Origin: the human T2T-CHM13v2.0 reference genome, Homo sapiens
DNA length: 64,000 bases
Reading direction: 5' to 3' (one strand)
Assembly (NCBI RefSeq): GCF_009914755.1
Contig: NC_060926.1
Part shown: positions 27,116 through 46,100 of the stretch, one piece after another
Position numbering within the stretch: the stretch's first letter is position 1
Layout of the letters: every line of letters begins with the position of its first letter
Notes under the pieces: generated by a model
The model's input: the letters and a program-made list of their open reading frames with translations, nothing else
The model's database searches: none
Told to the model about the DNA's origin: nothing
Made by a program: the position numbers and the translations under genes

Positions 27116-29467
27116 AAACTTTTCTATTTTGATGTAAAATTTAAACAGCCTTTTTCTTTATACATTATTTATTTTTTTTCTTTTTGTTTTGGCCAAGAGT
27201 TTAAGGTGCAGTTATACTTTATTTTTGATTTTGTCTGAAGAAGCTGTCCTATCCTGGTTGTAAAGGTAGTCTCTAGTTTAGTCTTCTTTTTCACGTCTAG
27301 GTCTCTGCGTGGTCTGGAAGTGTGATTTTCTGCTGTGTGGTAGCCAGCCGAGGCTTCCTTACCCCGCCTTTGTACCCCCACCTCTCTAGGGAGCCCAGGC
27401 ACTACGTGTTTCCGGGCTCTGCTGTGTCTCTCCTTGTTTCAGCACTATGGTTTTACCTCTGGGAAAGCCTTTCTAAATGTTCCTCCACTCCTCCCCGACT
27501 CTCCAGGTTGTCTTGATTGTGAGTAAGTCTTTATGGCTTTATATAATTGTGGGATCAGTTTGTGTGGTTCCATGAAAAACCTTGTTGTGATTTTGACCGG
27601 AATCGTATTGATCTTCGCTTGACTTGACTTTTACCACTAACTTCCACTCCATTGCCTTGCCTGTCTTTGGAGCAAAATGCCTTAAAATAATCGCTTATCT
27701 TTTGCTGTCTACAATCTACCTCTTCCCACTCTCTCCTAACCCCATTCCAGGGAGGCCGCTGGCTCTCCACCTTCATCCGAGTTGCCTGAGTTGCCCTCGG
27801 CAGGGTCACCTGACCTCTCAGTTGTTATATCTGCTGGTTATGTCTGTGTCCTGCGACAGCGTTTTGATGCTGTTGGCCACTCTCTCCGTCCTTGGCATGG
27901 CCTCCAGCACAGCACTCTCCTCTGGCGCCCCTCCTGCCGGGCCAGTCCCCCTTCTCTCTGTCCTTTGCTAGTTCCTTCTCTTTTCATTCTTTTCTTAGTA
28001 TCACCATCTTAATGTTATTAGCTGTCCTTTCAAACTAATTTTTTTTTTTTACTAAGTCAGCTTCCTTAGTGGTTATATTCCATTTTTCTGTTTTTTCTTT
28101 CTTATTTTGGTAATTAATGTTTGAATCTGTTAGGTTTAGATTTACCTGCAAGCAAAAGAAAGCTAAAACATTAGTGGCGTAAATGAAGTATAAAGTGTTT
28201 TATCTCATGGGTCAGTCTAGAGGTAGCCATCCAGGTGGCAGTGACCCTGACGCCTTCTGCCTCATTCCTCCACAGCATGATGTGACCTCCCTTCCTCAGG
28301 GTGCCTCACAGGCCAGCATAGCTTCAGCTTCCAGCCAGCAAGAGGGAGAAAAGGGAGGAAGGAGAAGGCCTGCCCTTCTCCTTCAGGATATTTACTGGAA
28401 GTTGGACAGCACTTCCACTTATATTATGTTGGCTAGAACTTAGTCACAAAGGAGACCATGAAGTGAAATCTCTATTTTAGGCATCCATTTGCATAGCCAG
28501 AAATCAGGAATTCCATTATCACAAACTAGAACGTGTCAAATTTTCTCAGTGCCTGCCATGCTCAGAAAATGGTAGTGCTTGCAAGGCACATGGGTAAGTG
28601 GAAGAGGCTGCCTCCCTGGCTAGAGGCCGAGGGTTCCTGGACCCAGCACACGTCTCACATGTGGGCCGCACACAGTGGCGGGAAGCTTTGCCAAAGCGGA
28701 GATCAGAAACAGGGTCGACCAGCTGTCTCTTCCACAATGTTTCTCTAGGAAATTGTTTATTTCATTCATGTCTTACAGTCATGGCATAAAGATGTTTGAA
28801 GTAGCCTTTATGATTTTAAAATATCTTATCTATACTTAGTTTTTCTTTTCTTCCCAAAATTTTGTGTCTTTTTATTTCTTGGTGAGACTTTGAAAAAACT
28901 ATTAAAATAAACACTCTCTAGCAAAGAATCAACTTTCAGTTTTATAGATACTCACTTTTGTTTTATTTGATTAATTTCTACTCTGTTATTCCTTTTAATT
29001 TCTTTGGGCATTGACTTTTCCTAGTCTCTTGAATAAAGCACACAGCTCCTTTATTTTGAGTCGTTGTCGTTTTAAACCTACATATATTTCCGATTGCACA
29101 GCTCCTTTTAAGCATGGTTTATCCTTGACTTCTAAATTCCTTGAATATTGAAAATTGATATTGAATATTAAAAATTCCTTGAATTTTAATATGAAGTACT
29201 TTGTTACAATTTTAACATATGGGCAGTTGGGATTCTTTTTTTAGTTTTTTACACATAAAGATTTTTAAAAGTCTTTTTAATGATAATATCTAATGTAATG
29301 AAATTGATTATTTGGAATTGATGAGACTTTTAATGTGGCCTATTTGGTGGTCAGTTTTGTGTTTCAAAGTACTTGCAAAGCTGCTTACTTCTAGACATAC
29401 TTCAGGTCCAGGCTTCCACATACCGTTGTTGATTTCACAGAGAGGCAAATGTAAGACTATATCCTCA

Positions 29468-29775
29468 GGCCAGGTGCGGTGGCTCACACCTGTAATCCCA
29501 GCACTTTGGGAGGCCGAGGTGGGCGGATCACGAGGTCAGGAGTTCAAGACTAGCCTGGCCAACACAGTAAAACCCCGTCTCTACTAAAAATACAGAAATT
29601 AGCCGGACATGGTGGTGTGTGCCTGTAGTTTCAGCTACTCAGGAGGCTGAGGCAAGATAATTGCTTGAACCCAGGAGGTGGAAGTTGCAGCGAGCCGAGA
29701 CTGCACCACTGCATTCCAGCCTGGGCAACAGAGCGAGACTCTGTCTCAAAAAAAATATATAAATAAAAATAAAAA
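29468..29775 (+). mobile_element. AluS-type SINE
   Basis: Forward Alu with TATCCTCA on both flanks. Confidence 0.95.
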
Positions 29776-31168
29776 TGTATCCTCAAAGCATGTATGCTGA
29801 ATCTATCATCATTATCGATTTATACATGTTATCATAATAATTGCTTATTTTCTCTCTGTCTCATTAAAAAATACAAAACAGGTGTTTTCTGTGCTTTTCA
29901 CATAAATTGTGGTGTGCCCTTCCTTAGTCTTGATACTTTTTATTTTTTTGGAGGATTTTTTCAATGCTAAAGAAATGCATATTTGTAATTTGGGCCTCTC
30001 TCCAGCCTGTCTTTGAAGTTGCATTGGAAGTAAAGCCATTTCTTATTGTACTAATGGACTTGAATAATACATTATAGAATAAATATGTGAATCAGATTGC
30101 TTTAAGCGTTTTCTTCATTATCCTGACTTTTTTGCTCTCTTTTCAAGAGGAAATATAAACTTTGTTAATAGTAAGATATTAGCTCCTGCCAGCGTTTTTT
30201 TTTTCTTTCTTCAGGTTTATGAAGAAGTTTTTGAAAAACCATCAAAAGAACCATTTTATTACAGTGTTTCTTAGGCTTTCTAAAGGTTTATATATGAGGA
30301 TGCTTTAGGCTAATGGCCAACAGTTTTGAAGACTGTTCACTCACTTTAAAGTATTTAAATATTTCTCACTCCTAATTTTTCAGTCTCCTTTTACATGATC
30401 TTCCCTTTGTTTCTCTTTTTCATTTTATATCTAATTATTAATAAATATGATTTTTAGATGCTTTTTCTTTTCATTTAAATTTTTTATTTTGAAATAGCTA
30501 TTGGAGTACTTCTTTTTGTAGATTTCCTTCTTTCTTCATTTTAAGGTTTTGTGACTGCTCTCTTCTCTACTTTCTTGATCTTATAAACCGTGCCTTGTTC
30601 TGGGACTGCTAGACGTCACGCCCATATCTTGTCCTGGTGAGAACAGGTGGGCATGTATTGAATTTGACCTGCATATATGTTTTTTGTTGCCATTCTGAAA
30701 GAAAGTTGTAATAAGCAAGCAAATATTGCTAGAATGACTAGCATGGATGACTGTCTTAAAGAGGCATTTATTTGGGAATGTAAGAACTTCTTGTATCTTG
30801 AAATGCCTCTTGATGGATACAATGACCTTATCGTGAACAAGTTATGTTTTAATTAAAGTCAGTGGCATATAACAAATAGTATTTAGCTAAATTGTTGATG
30901 AAAGTCAGGGATTTGAGTCTTAAATTATTTCACTTTGGTGATAGGAATAGATCCTCAAATTTCTTTTTTTGGTAGGTAGATGGTGCAGTTTCATCACAAA
31001 TACTATAACTCTTTCAGAAAAATGCTATTCAGAATCTCTCCTTACCTGAAAATTCTACACCTGACAACAGTATTTTTAGTTTGGGTATTTTTGGTCTTAG
31101 TATTATTGGATTTTTCCTTTGCTAGGAATATTGTTTCCATTGAAATTGTTGTTAAAGAAATAAAAATG

Positions 31169-31493
31169 GGCCAGGCGCGGTGGCCAACGTTTGTAATCCT
31201 AGCACTTGGGAGGCCAAGTCAAGCAGATCACTTGAGCTTAGGAGTTAGATACCAGCCTGGGCAACATAGCGAGACACCATCTCTACAAAAATTAAAAACA
31301 ATCAGACATGGTGGTGCATACCTGTGTTTCCAGCCACTCGGGAGGCTGAGGCAGAAGGATGGCTTGAGCCCACAAGTTTGAGGCCGCAGTGAGCCAAGCT
31401 CGCGCCACTGCACTCCAGACTGGGTGATAGTGTGAGACCTGTCTCAAAAAAATAAAATAAAAATAAAAATAAATAAATAAATAAAAATAAAAA
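31169..31493 (+). mobile_element. AluJ-like SINE
   Basis: Diverged forward Alu with an (AAAT)n tail. Confidence 0.93.
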
Positions 31494-31752
31494 GAGACAT
31501 ACTCTGTTGGTAAGACTTTAATAGTTAAATTGGGAACTACTGAAATTGATTCTAATCATGAAGGGTTATATGGTGGGGTTTTTTGTTTGTTTCTTAGAGG
31601 TTTTGTTTTTGTTTTTAAAGAAATAAGGTGATAGTTTTATGTTCCCAAGTAAAATCTCTGAATGCAGTATCTTACAATATGCAGGCTGGAGATTTTAAGT
31701 TTTGGATATAAAATTTGTTACCACCCCATTATCTTATAAAAAATCAGACACC

Positions 31753-32037
<285 letters not shown>

Positions 32038-32670
32038 TCAGGCACCAGCTATATCATTTAAAATATTTATAAACATATGCCATGGGTGTATTATAGACCA
32101 CAAAAATGATTTGGAAGCCATTAAAATATTACATGTATATGAACTTTATAAAGATAATTAGGAGGAGATAGGCCTTTTCTCTATAGACAAATAAAGTTCA
32201 TGATAAGGATAAAATATGAGTTCTTTACCTGAAAAAAAAATAGATACACATATAAATGACTTAAGAAAACTGTATTATAAAAATGTGTTTAGCTGTATTG
32301 TCACAAACATTTCCAAATTGATATGCCCATTATCTTCTGGTTCATGATTACTCAGTGAATGATAATATAATCAATAAAGATTTTATTTTTACTGAAAATG
32401 TCACTGAAATTCATATTATGTCCTCGGTTTTTTAGATTTTAGTCAGTTGTGGCCTGATAGGTTATTTCTGGTCTTAATTTCACCAGTACCCTTTTCTGTG
32501 CTTTGCATAAAAAAAAATCTTTATTTTTGATTGGTTTTGACAGCCTGCCTTGGATGTCAATTCAGTTTCTAAGTAGTGTAGACCCTGGTGTTTAAATATA
32601 CTCACTGTGACACATTAATGGATATATGAGGGAATGATGTTGTGTTAGCCCCAGGATGAAAATTAGTGGA

Positions 32671-33017
<347 letters not shown>

Positions 33018-34469
33018 TTAGTCACATTGACTACTAAACAATGCCCCAGCTCAGTGGAGAGAAGTGTAGGAGGTATCTGGAGAGCAGTAAGTAGAGAAAT
33101 CAAAGGGGATGTGGCACAAGTTTCAGAAGCCTCAGCGCCCTGCAACAGAAGACTGAAGATGTGGATCTCACTAGTTTGAAGAGGTGTGAAGACTTCAGAA
33201 GCTACCCAGTGAGACATCATGAAATTGTTAAAATCTGTTAGTCATTAGGCCTTGAAAGGAATGGTTTAGAAACGACCTAGCTGAGCGAGTGGGCTTGGGC
33301 CTTTGGTGCACGCTCAGCATGGGCTGGGGTCCCCTTAGCATGTGGTGGTGGCTGTGACAGCTCTTGCTCCTCGTGGGACTGAGCTTTCTCAGAGAGACTG
33401 TGGGACACGGGAGAGACCGCGGTGGGACTGAGAGCCTGCGCCACCGAGCCCTCTCTGTGCAGGGCTTCCCACGCATGGCCTCCTGCACCTGCACCACAAC
33501 TCACTGCTGAGGAAATTGAGGCTTAGGAGAGTCTCAGTCCCTTGCCCAAGGCCTTGCACTCCAGAGCCTGGATCCAAACTCTTATCTAGCCCCAAAGTAC
33601 AGGTTCTGACCACAGGAGGGAGCAGCACCGCGGCTCCAGCATGCCCCAGGCCCGGAGCCTGTGCCTCCCTGTCTCAGTGCGGGGTGGGCGCGTTGAGCTG
33701 CTTTTTTTGGAGCAACTTATTTCGAGAATTATTTTAATCCTTAAATTCCATATTTCTTCAGCTTCCCTTTGAAAAAAAAAAGGGAAATTTGTGTTTTTAA
33801 AAAGTGTTAGTTAGTATTTTTGTCCTTTCCAAAACATATTCACTTGTGCTTACTGTTGTGAGACACACATGTATTTTTCTAGTTCCCATCTATTATTCCT
33901 TGCTGTCTGTTTCTGACCTGAAAAGCAGCTTCCAGTGAAGAGCTATCACTAGAGGAACAGGACTTGGCTGAATGAATTAGGTTTTATTGAGTTTTTAATT
34001 TAATGTGGGTAAAGCAGGCTCAGGAGGGCTGAAATGGATGAAACAATGGCACAACTTTATTACTTTTCTCCAGGGTATGGATTATAGGGGATATTTTAGA
34101 GTAAAGAAACACTAAGATTCTTGGCATTAAAATGCTTCGATTTCCTATTTATAGCAGTGATGCATATATAATTTTTCATATTGGACTGTTATTAAGGTTT
34201 TTCTGATTGAAATCTCCGTACGGTTTCTTCTGGCCAGTAGACTTCCTCCATCCCCAGATGTGACCCCTTTTAAACTAATAAAGCCTCTTGATAATACTTA
34301 CAATACTTGTCACAGAGGGCAGGACTGACATTCACTTAGTGAAGGGCTTGTATTATACCAGGCTTTGCTCTATGTAAGTTTTATATTTTCAGGAATATTC
34401 TTAAATCCCTTAAAGAAAAAAAATGAAAATAAAGTAGAAATACATTTATTTTAGATATTGTTATTAATA

Positions 34470-34780
<311 letters not shown>

Positions 34781-35939
34781 TAAATAAAATACACTGTGTC
34801 TATACTCTTACATGATGCACCATGTTAGTTTTTAAAACTTGGGAGTAATTTCTGTATATTAGTATTTTGGGTTCTGACTGGGTTTCTAGGTAGCTTAACA
34901 AAGCTTTTATTGTACTACAATAAAAGTACTTTGTACAAGTAGAGTTCATTTACAGTAAAAAATGATAGAAAATAATGCTGTTATTTTAATAGTAATAACC
35001 AAGCAATTAAAGTAAATATATATTTTTAACAATTTTGAAATTAGCTTTCTAAGAAAAGCGGGTTTAGAAGCAGGCAAAGCATTCACTTGTGAAAGACACT
35101 TTTGGGAACTTCAGAGCCTTCAGAGATTAATGGTAGTGATATTAAAAGTGGAGCGCGTTCCACTGTCTTCCATGCGGGAGCTTTCTGGCTCTGCTGCTTT
35201 TTGTTGCAGAAGCATCCAGTCCAGAATGAGTTAGGTGTTTTGTAAGTTTCTTTCAGTCTCAAACAGTCTGTGCTCTTCCCTTGATTTGGCCTTGACAGTT
35301 TTGAACAGTACAGCTATTTTCCTGACTGGCCCCCGGTTTGGGTTTGTGTGGTGTTTCCTTGTGATTAGAGTCAGACTTTGCATCCTGGGCCGAAACCTTC
35401 CAGAAACGAGGCTGTGCTGCCTTTGCTGCGTCTTGCTGAGTGGTTCAAGGTTTCAGATTGTTCCTGACTGCAGACGCTCTCCGTGGCCTCTCGATGTGGA
35501 TGCTGTCTGCCAGCTTCTCTGCAGTCAAGCCGCTCCTTTTCTCTTTGTAATTACTAGCATTTTGGAGGAAGTACTTTGTACAATCGAAGTACCCTGTGCT
35601 TCACTAAGTTTAATCATTTGTTTGTATCATTATGGGCTTGTGCCTTCCACTTGGACTCTGTGGGCTGTAATCTCTTACTGCCATGATTTTCATGCGCAGA
35701 TGGCCTCAGATTTGGCTCTGGAGAGCTCCTTCAAGCTGGCTTTGTGTCCTTTCAGCCTGCGCCCAGCATTCTTTGAGCTGTTCCTTGCTTTCTGGCTCAT
35801 CCTGTTCTTTCCCTGCTCCAGCCCCAGAATCAGCCATTTCCCCAGGAGACCTGGGTCCTTTGATTGGAGAATGGAGTGTTTGCCACTTTTGGAGGTTCAG
35901 CTCTCAGGTCATCTCAGTGAACAGAGCTAGAGGGGGAAA

Positions 35940-36275
35940 ATGTATGTGTCTGTGTTTGTTATATATGCGTGTGTGCATGTCTGTATGTATGTGTGTATAT
36001 ATGTGAACGTGTATGTGTGTCTGTAAGTGTGCATGTGTATATATGTGTGTGCATGTCTATGTGAATGTCTGTGTCTGTGTGTGCATGTGTGTATGTTTAT
36101 GTCTGTATTGTGCATGTCTGTGTATGCGTATGTGTGCGTGTCTGAGTGTATACATGTATACGTGTGCATGTCTGCATGCATGTGTACATGTGTATATATG
36201 CATGGCTATGTCTGTGATATATGTGTATGTGCATGTCTGTGTATGTGTGTGTACATGTGTGTGTGCAAATGTCTG
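35940..36275. repeat. Degenerate TG/TA/CA-rich low-complexity tract
   Basis: Read directly. It is the source of the Cys/Val/His/Thr-rich pseudo-ORFs in the track. Confidence 0.93.
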
Positions 36276-37404
36276 TGCCCTCCCTACCTGGTCTCCCTGG
36301 CCGTGTGGGTGCCCTCTCCCTCCTGTGCTGGGCTCCTGCCTCCATTCTCCCTACCCCGGGCTCTCCCACCCCCAGCCTAGTGTACATGCTTCCCTGGCAT
36401 TGCCCACTTCATGGCTTCAGGACCAAATGGCTCAGGAGGGAAGATCAGTTACTGACTTTCCCCTGGAATGGGCATCTCATAAGGTGAAGACCAGTGCCTC
36501 TCATCTCCCTCTCGTGGCTAGCATAGCAGTGGACGTTAAGTGCATGTCATCAACTGTTGAAGAGATGAATTTCATCGCCAGTTGAACAGAAGTTAGAAGA
36601 GAAAGGGGGAAGTGGAAGGGAATGAATGATAAAATGTGGGGAAGCACTTGCCAGAGGTGAAAAACGAAGCTATGTGCATTTAGGGGAATTACGGACATTT
36701 TTCATGCTGTAGCCTCTGGTGAGCCCCATGCTAACACCAGGGGGTGCTTTAAGCCCATCACGAGGCCTCTGAGTGCTAGGGAGTGGGCATAGTTCTCTTG
36801 TAATGTGGTTTTCTGCCACAATTTGGACATTTGTCGTTTGGACAGTAATATAGATTTCTGAGTAAAATGTGATAAGAACGAAGTTTACTAGCTTTCTGAT
36901 CTCAGTTAATGCGACATTGAAAGTCTGTTTTTTAGAGGTGCTTTGTACTTTTCGTAAAGAGCGTGAAGCTTGACCTTCTATGAGTCTGCACTTGAAAAGG
37001 GCTTTCATGTGCCAGGTAAAAAGGAAACTCACAATATTGGCAGTATTGTTGAGATCAGGTGTTTTTTTCGGTTTGTTTTTGTTTTTTTTGGTGGGGGGAA
37101 CAACCAAAAACAATCCTACAAGTATATTGTACATCAAGAAAAAATAGGTTCTTTTGAAAAGAACCAAAGTCAGATTTGCTGTAGACTTCTCTGTGGCCCT
37201 AAATGCCAGAAGAAAAAGGAACAGTTGCTTCAACATTTGGAGAGAAAGAAACTGACCCAAGATTCTTACTATTTAGCTAGATTGTCATTTCATACATAAA
37301 AACAGTGGAAGACACATCCAGATAATGCAAGAGCTCAAAAAAAGATTGTTCTTATATTCTTCCAAACCTAAGCCTAAGGAAAGCCTGAGTGTGGGCCTGG
37401 GATG

Positions 37405-37708
37405 ACCAGCGCAGTGGCCACTCGCCCATGTGGTGGGGGTATTAGAAAACTGACGAATCCCAACTGAAATATATCCTAAGTATAAAACACACACCAGATT
37501 TCAAATATGGTGTTGGAAAAGAAGAATGTAAACTATCTCATTAGAAATTATTATATTGATTACATGTTGAAATGATTTTGTATATATCACATTAAATAAA
37601 ATTTATTGAAACTAATTTCATCTGTTTCTTTTTACTTTTAAAGTGAAACTAGTAGAAAATATTAAATTACGTATATGGCTTGCATATTTCTATTGGGCAG
37701 CATTGGTA
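37405..37708. mobile_element. MER33/MER3-like hAT transposon
   Basis: attgattacatgttgaaatga...aaattacgtatatggcttgcatatttctattgggcagca resembles recalled MER33. Confidence 0.65.
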
Positions 37709-37921
37709 TAGGTGAAATGAATTAAAATTGATTATTGAAACTGATTAAGCATATAGAATTGAGTATAACTACAGAATTGAATGCAAAATCCCTAAACTAG
37801 TTCTTGAAAAAATAGTTTTGTGGAAGAATAACATAATAATAATAGATGGTAGGGTTGAGGGAGTCAAGGGAAGTAAAATCACATTAAAGTAACATTCATT
37901 TAAAAGTTTTTTTCTCCACTT

Positions 37922-41460
<3,539 letters not shown>

Positions 41461-41816
41461 TCTTCACTTTCTTTATGGTGTCTTTCAATGACATTTTAAA
41501 GACATTTTTAATTTTAATCAAACTTTTCAATCTTTTCTCTTATGGTTAATGCTTTTGGCGAGTCGGTTAAGAAATCCTTCTGTATTCCAAGGTCAGAAAG
41601 ATATTTACTCTTTTTAAAAAAGTAAAGCTTTGTTTTGACATGTACATGCTTAATCCACCTGGAGTTGATTTTCCTGTATTCTGTGGGACAGAAGTGTAGT
41701 TTTTTTCTCTCCTCATATGGATAACCAAGTTTTCCTCCTTTCCCCATTGATCTGCAATGCTGTCTCTGCTGAATATGAAAGTTCCATATGCGTGGAACTC
41801 TTTCTGTGTTCTCTGC

Positions 41817-42146
41817 CCCAGAGGTTAGCAAACTTTTTCCGTAAAAGGTCAGGTAGTAAATATTTTCAGCCATGAGAACCATGTAATCTCTGTTGCCACT
41901 ACTCAACTTTGTTATTGTAGTGTAAAAGCAACCACAGGCAATATATAAATGCATGAGCGTGGCTGGTTTCCAATAGGGCTTTATTTATTTATGGACACTG
42001 AAACGTGAATTTTGTATAACTTTCATGTGCTGCAAAATATTATCCTTTAACTGGGTTTTTCAACTATTTATAAATAAAAAATCATTCTTAGCTCATGGGC
42101 TATAGAGAAATCCAGGTGGTGGGCCGGTCCACAGGCTGTAGTTTAT
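41817..42146 (+). mobile_element. MER58B-like DNA transposon within an old antisense L1M
   Basis: cagaggttagcaaactttttccgtaaaaggtcaggtagtaaatattttcagc...ggctgtagttt. Confidence 0.75.
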
Positions 42147-43019
42147 ACTGCTCCACTGGCCCGCACTGATACCACCCTGCTGTAATGACTGTAGCTTCAG
42201 AACAAGGCCTTGTGTCTGGTAGCAAAGCCCCTGCCGCCTTATGCCTCTTCTTCAGCTATGTTTTGGCAATTATTGGTCTTGTCCACTTCCATCTACATAT
42301 TATAACCTGCTTATTGAGTGCCGTGAAAAACCCTCTTGGGATTTCAGTTGGAGTATTTATGAACAAAACTATCTCTCCATTTATTTAGACTTGCTTTAAA
42401 GTCTTTTAGTGAATGTTTATAATTTGATTTGTTAAGGTTGTTCGTATCTTTTGTTAGATTTATATGTGGGTATTTATAGTTTATCTGCTATTATAAATAC
42501 TGTATATTTATTTAAAATTGTTTTCTAGTTGTTGATTGCTGGTAGATAGTAATGCTGTTGACTTATAACCAGCTTCATTTAAAACTGTTTGCTTTAAACG
42601 TGTCTGTTGAGTCTTTTCTGTTTTCTTCGCTGTAATAGCAGCAAACACCTAATAGGGCACGGTGTGCAGGCTCTGTTCTAAGACAGCTAATAACATAGGT
42701 CATAGTGAGACTCGGGCACTGTTGTTACCCATTTTGAAACTGGGGCATTTGGAGGTTAAGGAACGTGTCCGGGGCCGTATGAGTGGTGAGTGGCAGAGGA
42801 GTGATTCAAGCCCAGGCAATCGCACCCAGAGTCCATGCCTTTAGCCCAAGCTCCGCACCATTGTCTGTGTCATCTGAAAGTCCTGATGGCTTCATTTCCT
42901 TCTTTCCAGTCTTAGGCATTTAATTCCCTCTTACTGTTGCATTTCTGTGGCTAGGCCCTCTGCTAGAGTAGGAATAGTAATGGTGATTGTGGGTAACCTC
43001 GTTTCCTTCCTTCCTGATT

Positions 43020-43197
43020 TTCTTTTTTTTTTTTTTTTTTTTTTTTGAGACAGGGCCTCCCTGTCACCCAGGCTGGAGTGCAGTGGTGCAATCATGGCTC
43101 ACTGCAGCCTTGCTTTCCTAGGCTCAGGTGATCCTTCCTCCTCCCAAGTAGCTGGGACTGCAGGCGAGTGCCACTCTGCCTGGCTAAGTTTTTGTAG
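43020..43197 (-). mobile_element. Alu right-arm fragment (FRAM/AluJ-like)
   Basis: Poly-T followed by a single reverse Alu arm. Confidence 0.85.
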
Positions 43198-46100
43198 GTT
43201 TCCCCCCCCACTGTGGGGCTTGGTTATTAATGCGTGTTAAATTTTACTAAATGCTTTTTCTGGGTCGATTGAGATGATTCTATTATATTCCTTAATTCAC
43301 TATATGATTGTAGCTTTTCTAATATGAAACAGTCTTTACATTCCTTGGATCAAATCAATTATGGTATATTATTATTATTTTTAATCCACTGTTAAGAGTC
43401 TAGTTGCTAATTAGTATTTTTCCATTTATATTCATGAATGAAATGGACCCATAATTTTGTTTTTCTTGTATGATCCTTATTTTTTTTAGTACCAAGGTCA
43501 AGAATGAATTGAGGATATTCTTTGTTTTTATCTGTTCTGGAAGAGATTGTATATGATTGGAATGTATTTCTTGACAATTTGACAGCTTCACATGTAAAAC
43601 CACCTGAGCTTGGTGTTTCTTTGTGGGAAATACTTAAACCATTGTTTTCATTTTTGTATTAATTATGAGAGTATTCAGGCTTTTTAAAATGTGTTTTCGA
43701 GTCCATTTTGACTGTCAGTTTTTTGAAAATTTTCAAGCTTATTGGAAAAAAGCTCTTGCTAGAACTCTTTAATATTTGCTCTGGATGTAGTTTAGTTTAG
43801 TTTAGTTTTTGTTTGTTTGTTTGTTTTTTGTTTGTTTGTTTTAACCAATATTACTTACTTAGGCATTTTTCTTTTTTTAAATATATTTTTCCAGAAATTT
43901 GTCTGTCTGTCTAAACCACTGGCTTTTGGCTTTGTTGTTCTCTTTTTAATCTTTGTTTTTCTTTTCATTGATATCTCCAGTTTTATTTAAATTTTCTTCC
44001 TTCTCTACTATTTTTCTTTTTAAATTTATTAAGTTGGACACCTAAGTTACTAGTTTTTATTTAGCCTTTTAAGAATCTAATGGAAACTTGTTTTATGACT
44101 ATAAATTATCATGTTTTAAAAGTTAGCATTCATTCATTCACCAGCCATCTGGCACCTGCCATGTGCTAGGCACTGTTCTCGGCATTCAGTCAGAAACGAA
44201 TGACAAGGTTAACAACTGTCTTTTTGGCAGCTGTTGAGATGTTCCTATATTAATAGACTTCCTAATGTTGAACAGTTCTTACACACCTCAAATAACCTTT
44301 GCCTGGCCATCATCTATTATTTACCCAATATAAAACTATATTTAATTTGCTGACATTTAAAAATAGAACTTCATCTCTATATTAAAGTGGAATTGGCCTG
44401 GAGTTTGAGAGAGAGAGAGAGAGAGTTTGTGTTTAGGTTTTAGAATCAAGGTTATGTCCATTTTATAAAATTAATTTGGGACCCTGCGTTTTTTCCTGGG
44501 CCCTAGAACAGTTTAAGTCTGATGGGTGATCTGGGTTAAGGGAACTTTGAGGCTGGGCACTTTCTTCGCAGTTTGATCTGAAGCCGGGACCCCCCCCCAG
44601 GCCCCAGGCTGCTGGGTCAGAAGCCTCTTACCATCACTTGCAAACCCAATACCATGAGGCACTCAAGTGGTTTTGCGGTCAGTCTTTGCTGACCAGTACC
44701 AGGTTGCTTCTGCTCTTGCCTTCAGGGGAGGTGGGTCAGGAGTAGAAAGGCCCCAGAGGGAGGGTCCAGTCCTTCTTTGGTGCCCTCTGTGGGACTCAGC
44801 GTTTGGTCCCCACCTCAGGCAGCCTGGCGCTGATGCTGATGCAGCTGCCCTGTGTCAGGTGCTCAGCGGAACCCCAGACTTGTTCTCCTTGTTTCCTGTC
44901 GACTCACTCTTTGGTCGTCTGTGTGTCACTGGGGGCCTGTTTTCTTGCAGTCCAAGGTTACCTGGAGGCTGCTGGTCTCTCGGGCCGGACAACCCCCACC
45001 CCATTTAAGTCCCTGCCCACGAGTCTCCTCTTCAGAGAGGCCTTTCCTGTCCACCTAGCTGTGTGGGGCCTCAGCCGCACACTCACCATCTCTGACCCGG
45101 GCTCTGCTATCCTCACAGCATTGGTCACTGACTGAGACCATGCGACTGACTGAGACCATGCAGCTGGCTGTCAGGATGCTGGTGGAGGGAAGAGTGAGGA
45201 GTGCCAGCTTCAGCAGAACTCCTTATTCTGTCTGCCTTGGCAGCCACAGACACCTGCTCGTGTGAAGGCGGCAGCGTGGTGCCATCACTTGGGTATTTGG
45301 AACTTGACCATCCTGTATGTGAATTTTCCTTTGCTCATCCAGTCCTTAGACTCACTTCTTCTATTCATAATTAATTCTGTGACACGTGTTTTCTGCCGAG
45401 GACCTCTGACCTCGTGGCCACTTCCTGCTGCAGGTTTAGACGGTGGTTTCCTCCCCCGCTCACATGCCAGCCATTCAGTTCAGTGGGTCTCTTGTTGCCC
45501 AGTAACTGCCTTTTATAGCTGGTATTTTTGGAGTGATTACATATGTTAAGAATTTAGAAGGCAAAATGTGTAATAATAACACTGGAGCCAGAATGATAAG
45601 GAAATACTGTAGCAATAGGCTCAATAGAAAATGATTAATATTTTAGTAAGACATTTAAAATAGCAAATCCAATTAGTTAGTACAGAGGTGGAAATAAAAA
45701 ACAAAATAATTGAATAATCACCTCACTGGCCATTTCCAGCATTGATGGAGAAAGACAATTTTAAAGTCCATTTTAAAACTTAGATTCTTTTGCTGCTGCT
45801 GCCTATGAGATGGAAAGGGATTCTAAAATGTAGAGAAAGTGAACTTTACAACCTTATGTCCTTTGAAATTTGCTTAGAGGTTCATCTGCTCAGAGACGTC
45901 TACGTATTAGAACCATTCAGAGAGTGTTTCTGAAATGCTGGTGCCCAGGCCCCTCCCCTCTCAATTAGGATCAGTCTCTGGGCAGGTGCTGGCGCTGGGT
46001 GTAAAATTGCTCCCCAGGTGACTTCGTATGCAGCTGGATCCCTACGGTGCCTTCCAGCTTCTCAGAGGGCCTCTCTGAGCCCTGCAGGAGCCACGTGGAG

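Noticed and set aside
30759-30810. Hairpin AAGAGGCATTT / AAATGCCTCTT
   Set aside because: An 11-bp stem with a ~30-nt loop is expected roughly once by chance in 64 kb and is too short for a pre-miRNA.
35235-35930. 231-aa plus-strand ORF
   Set aside because: Non-ATG start, Leu/Cys/Phe-rich composition typical of antisense old L1 sequence, and no recognisable domain.
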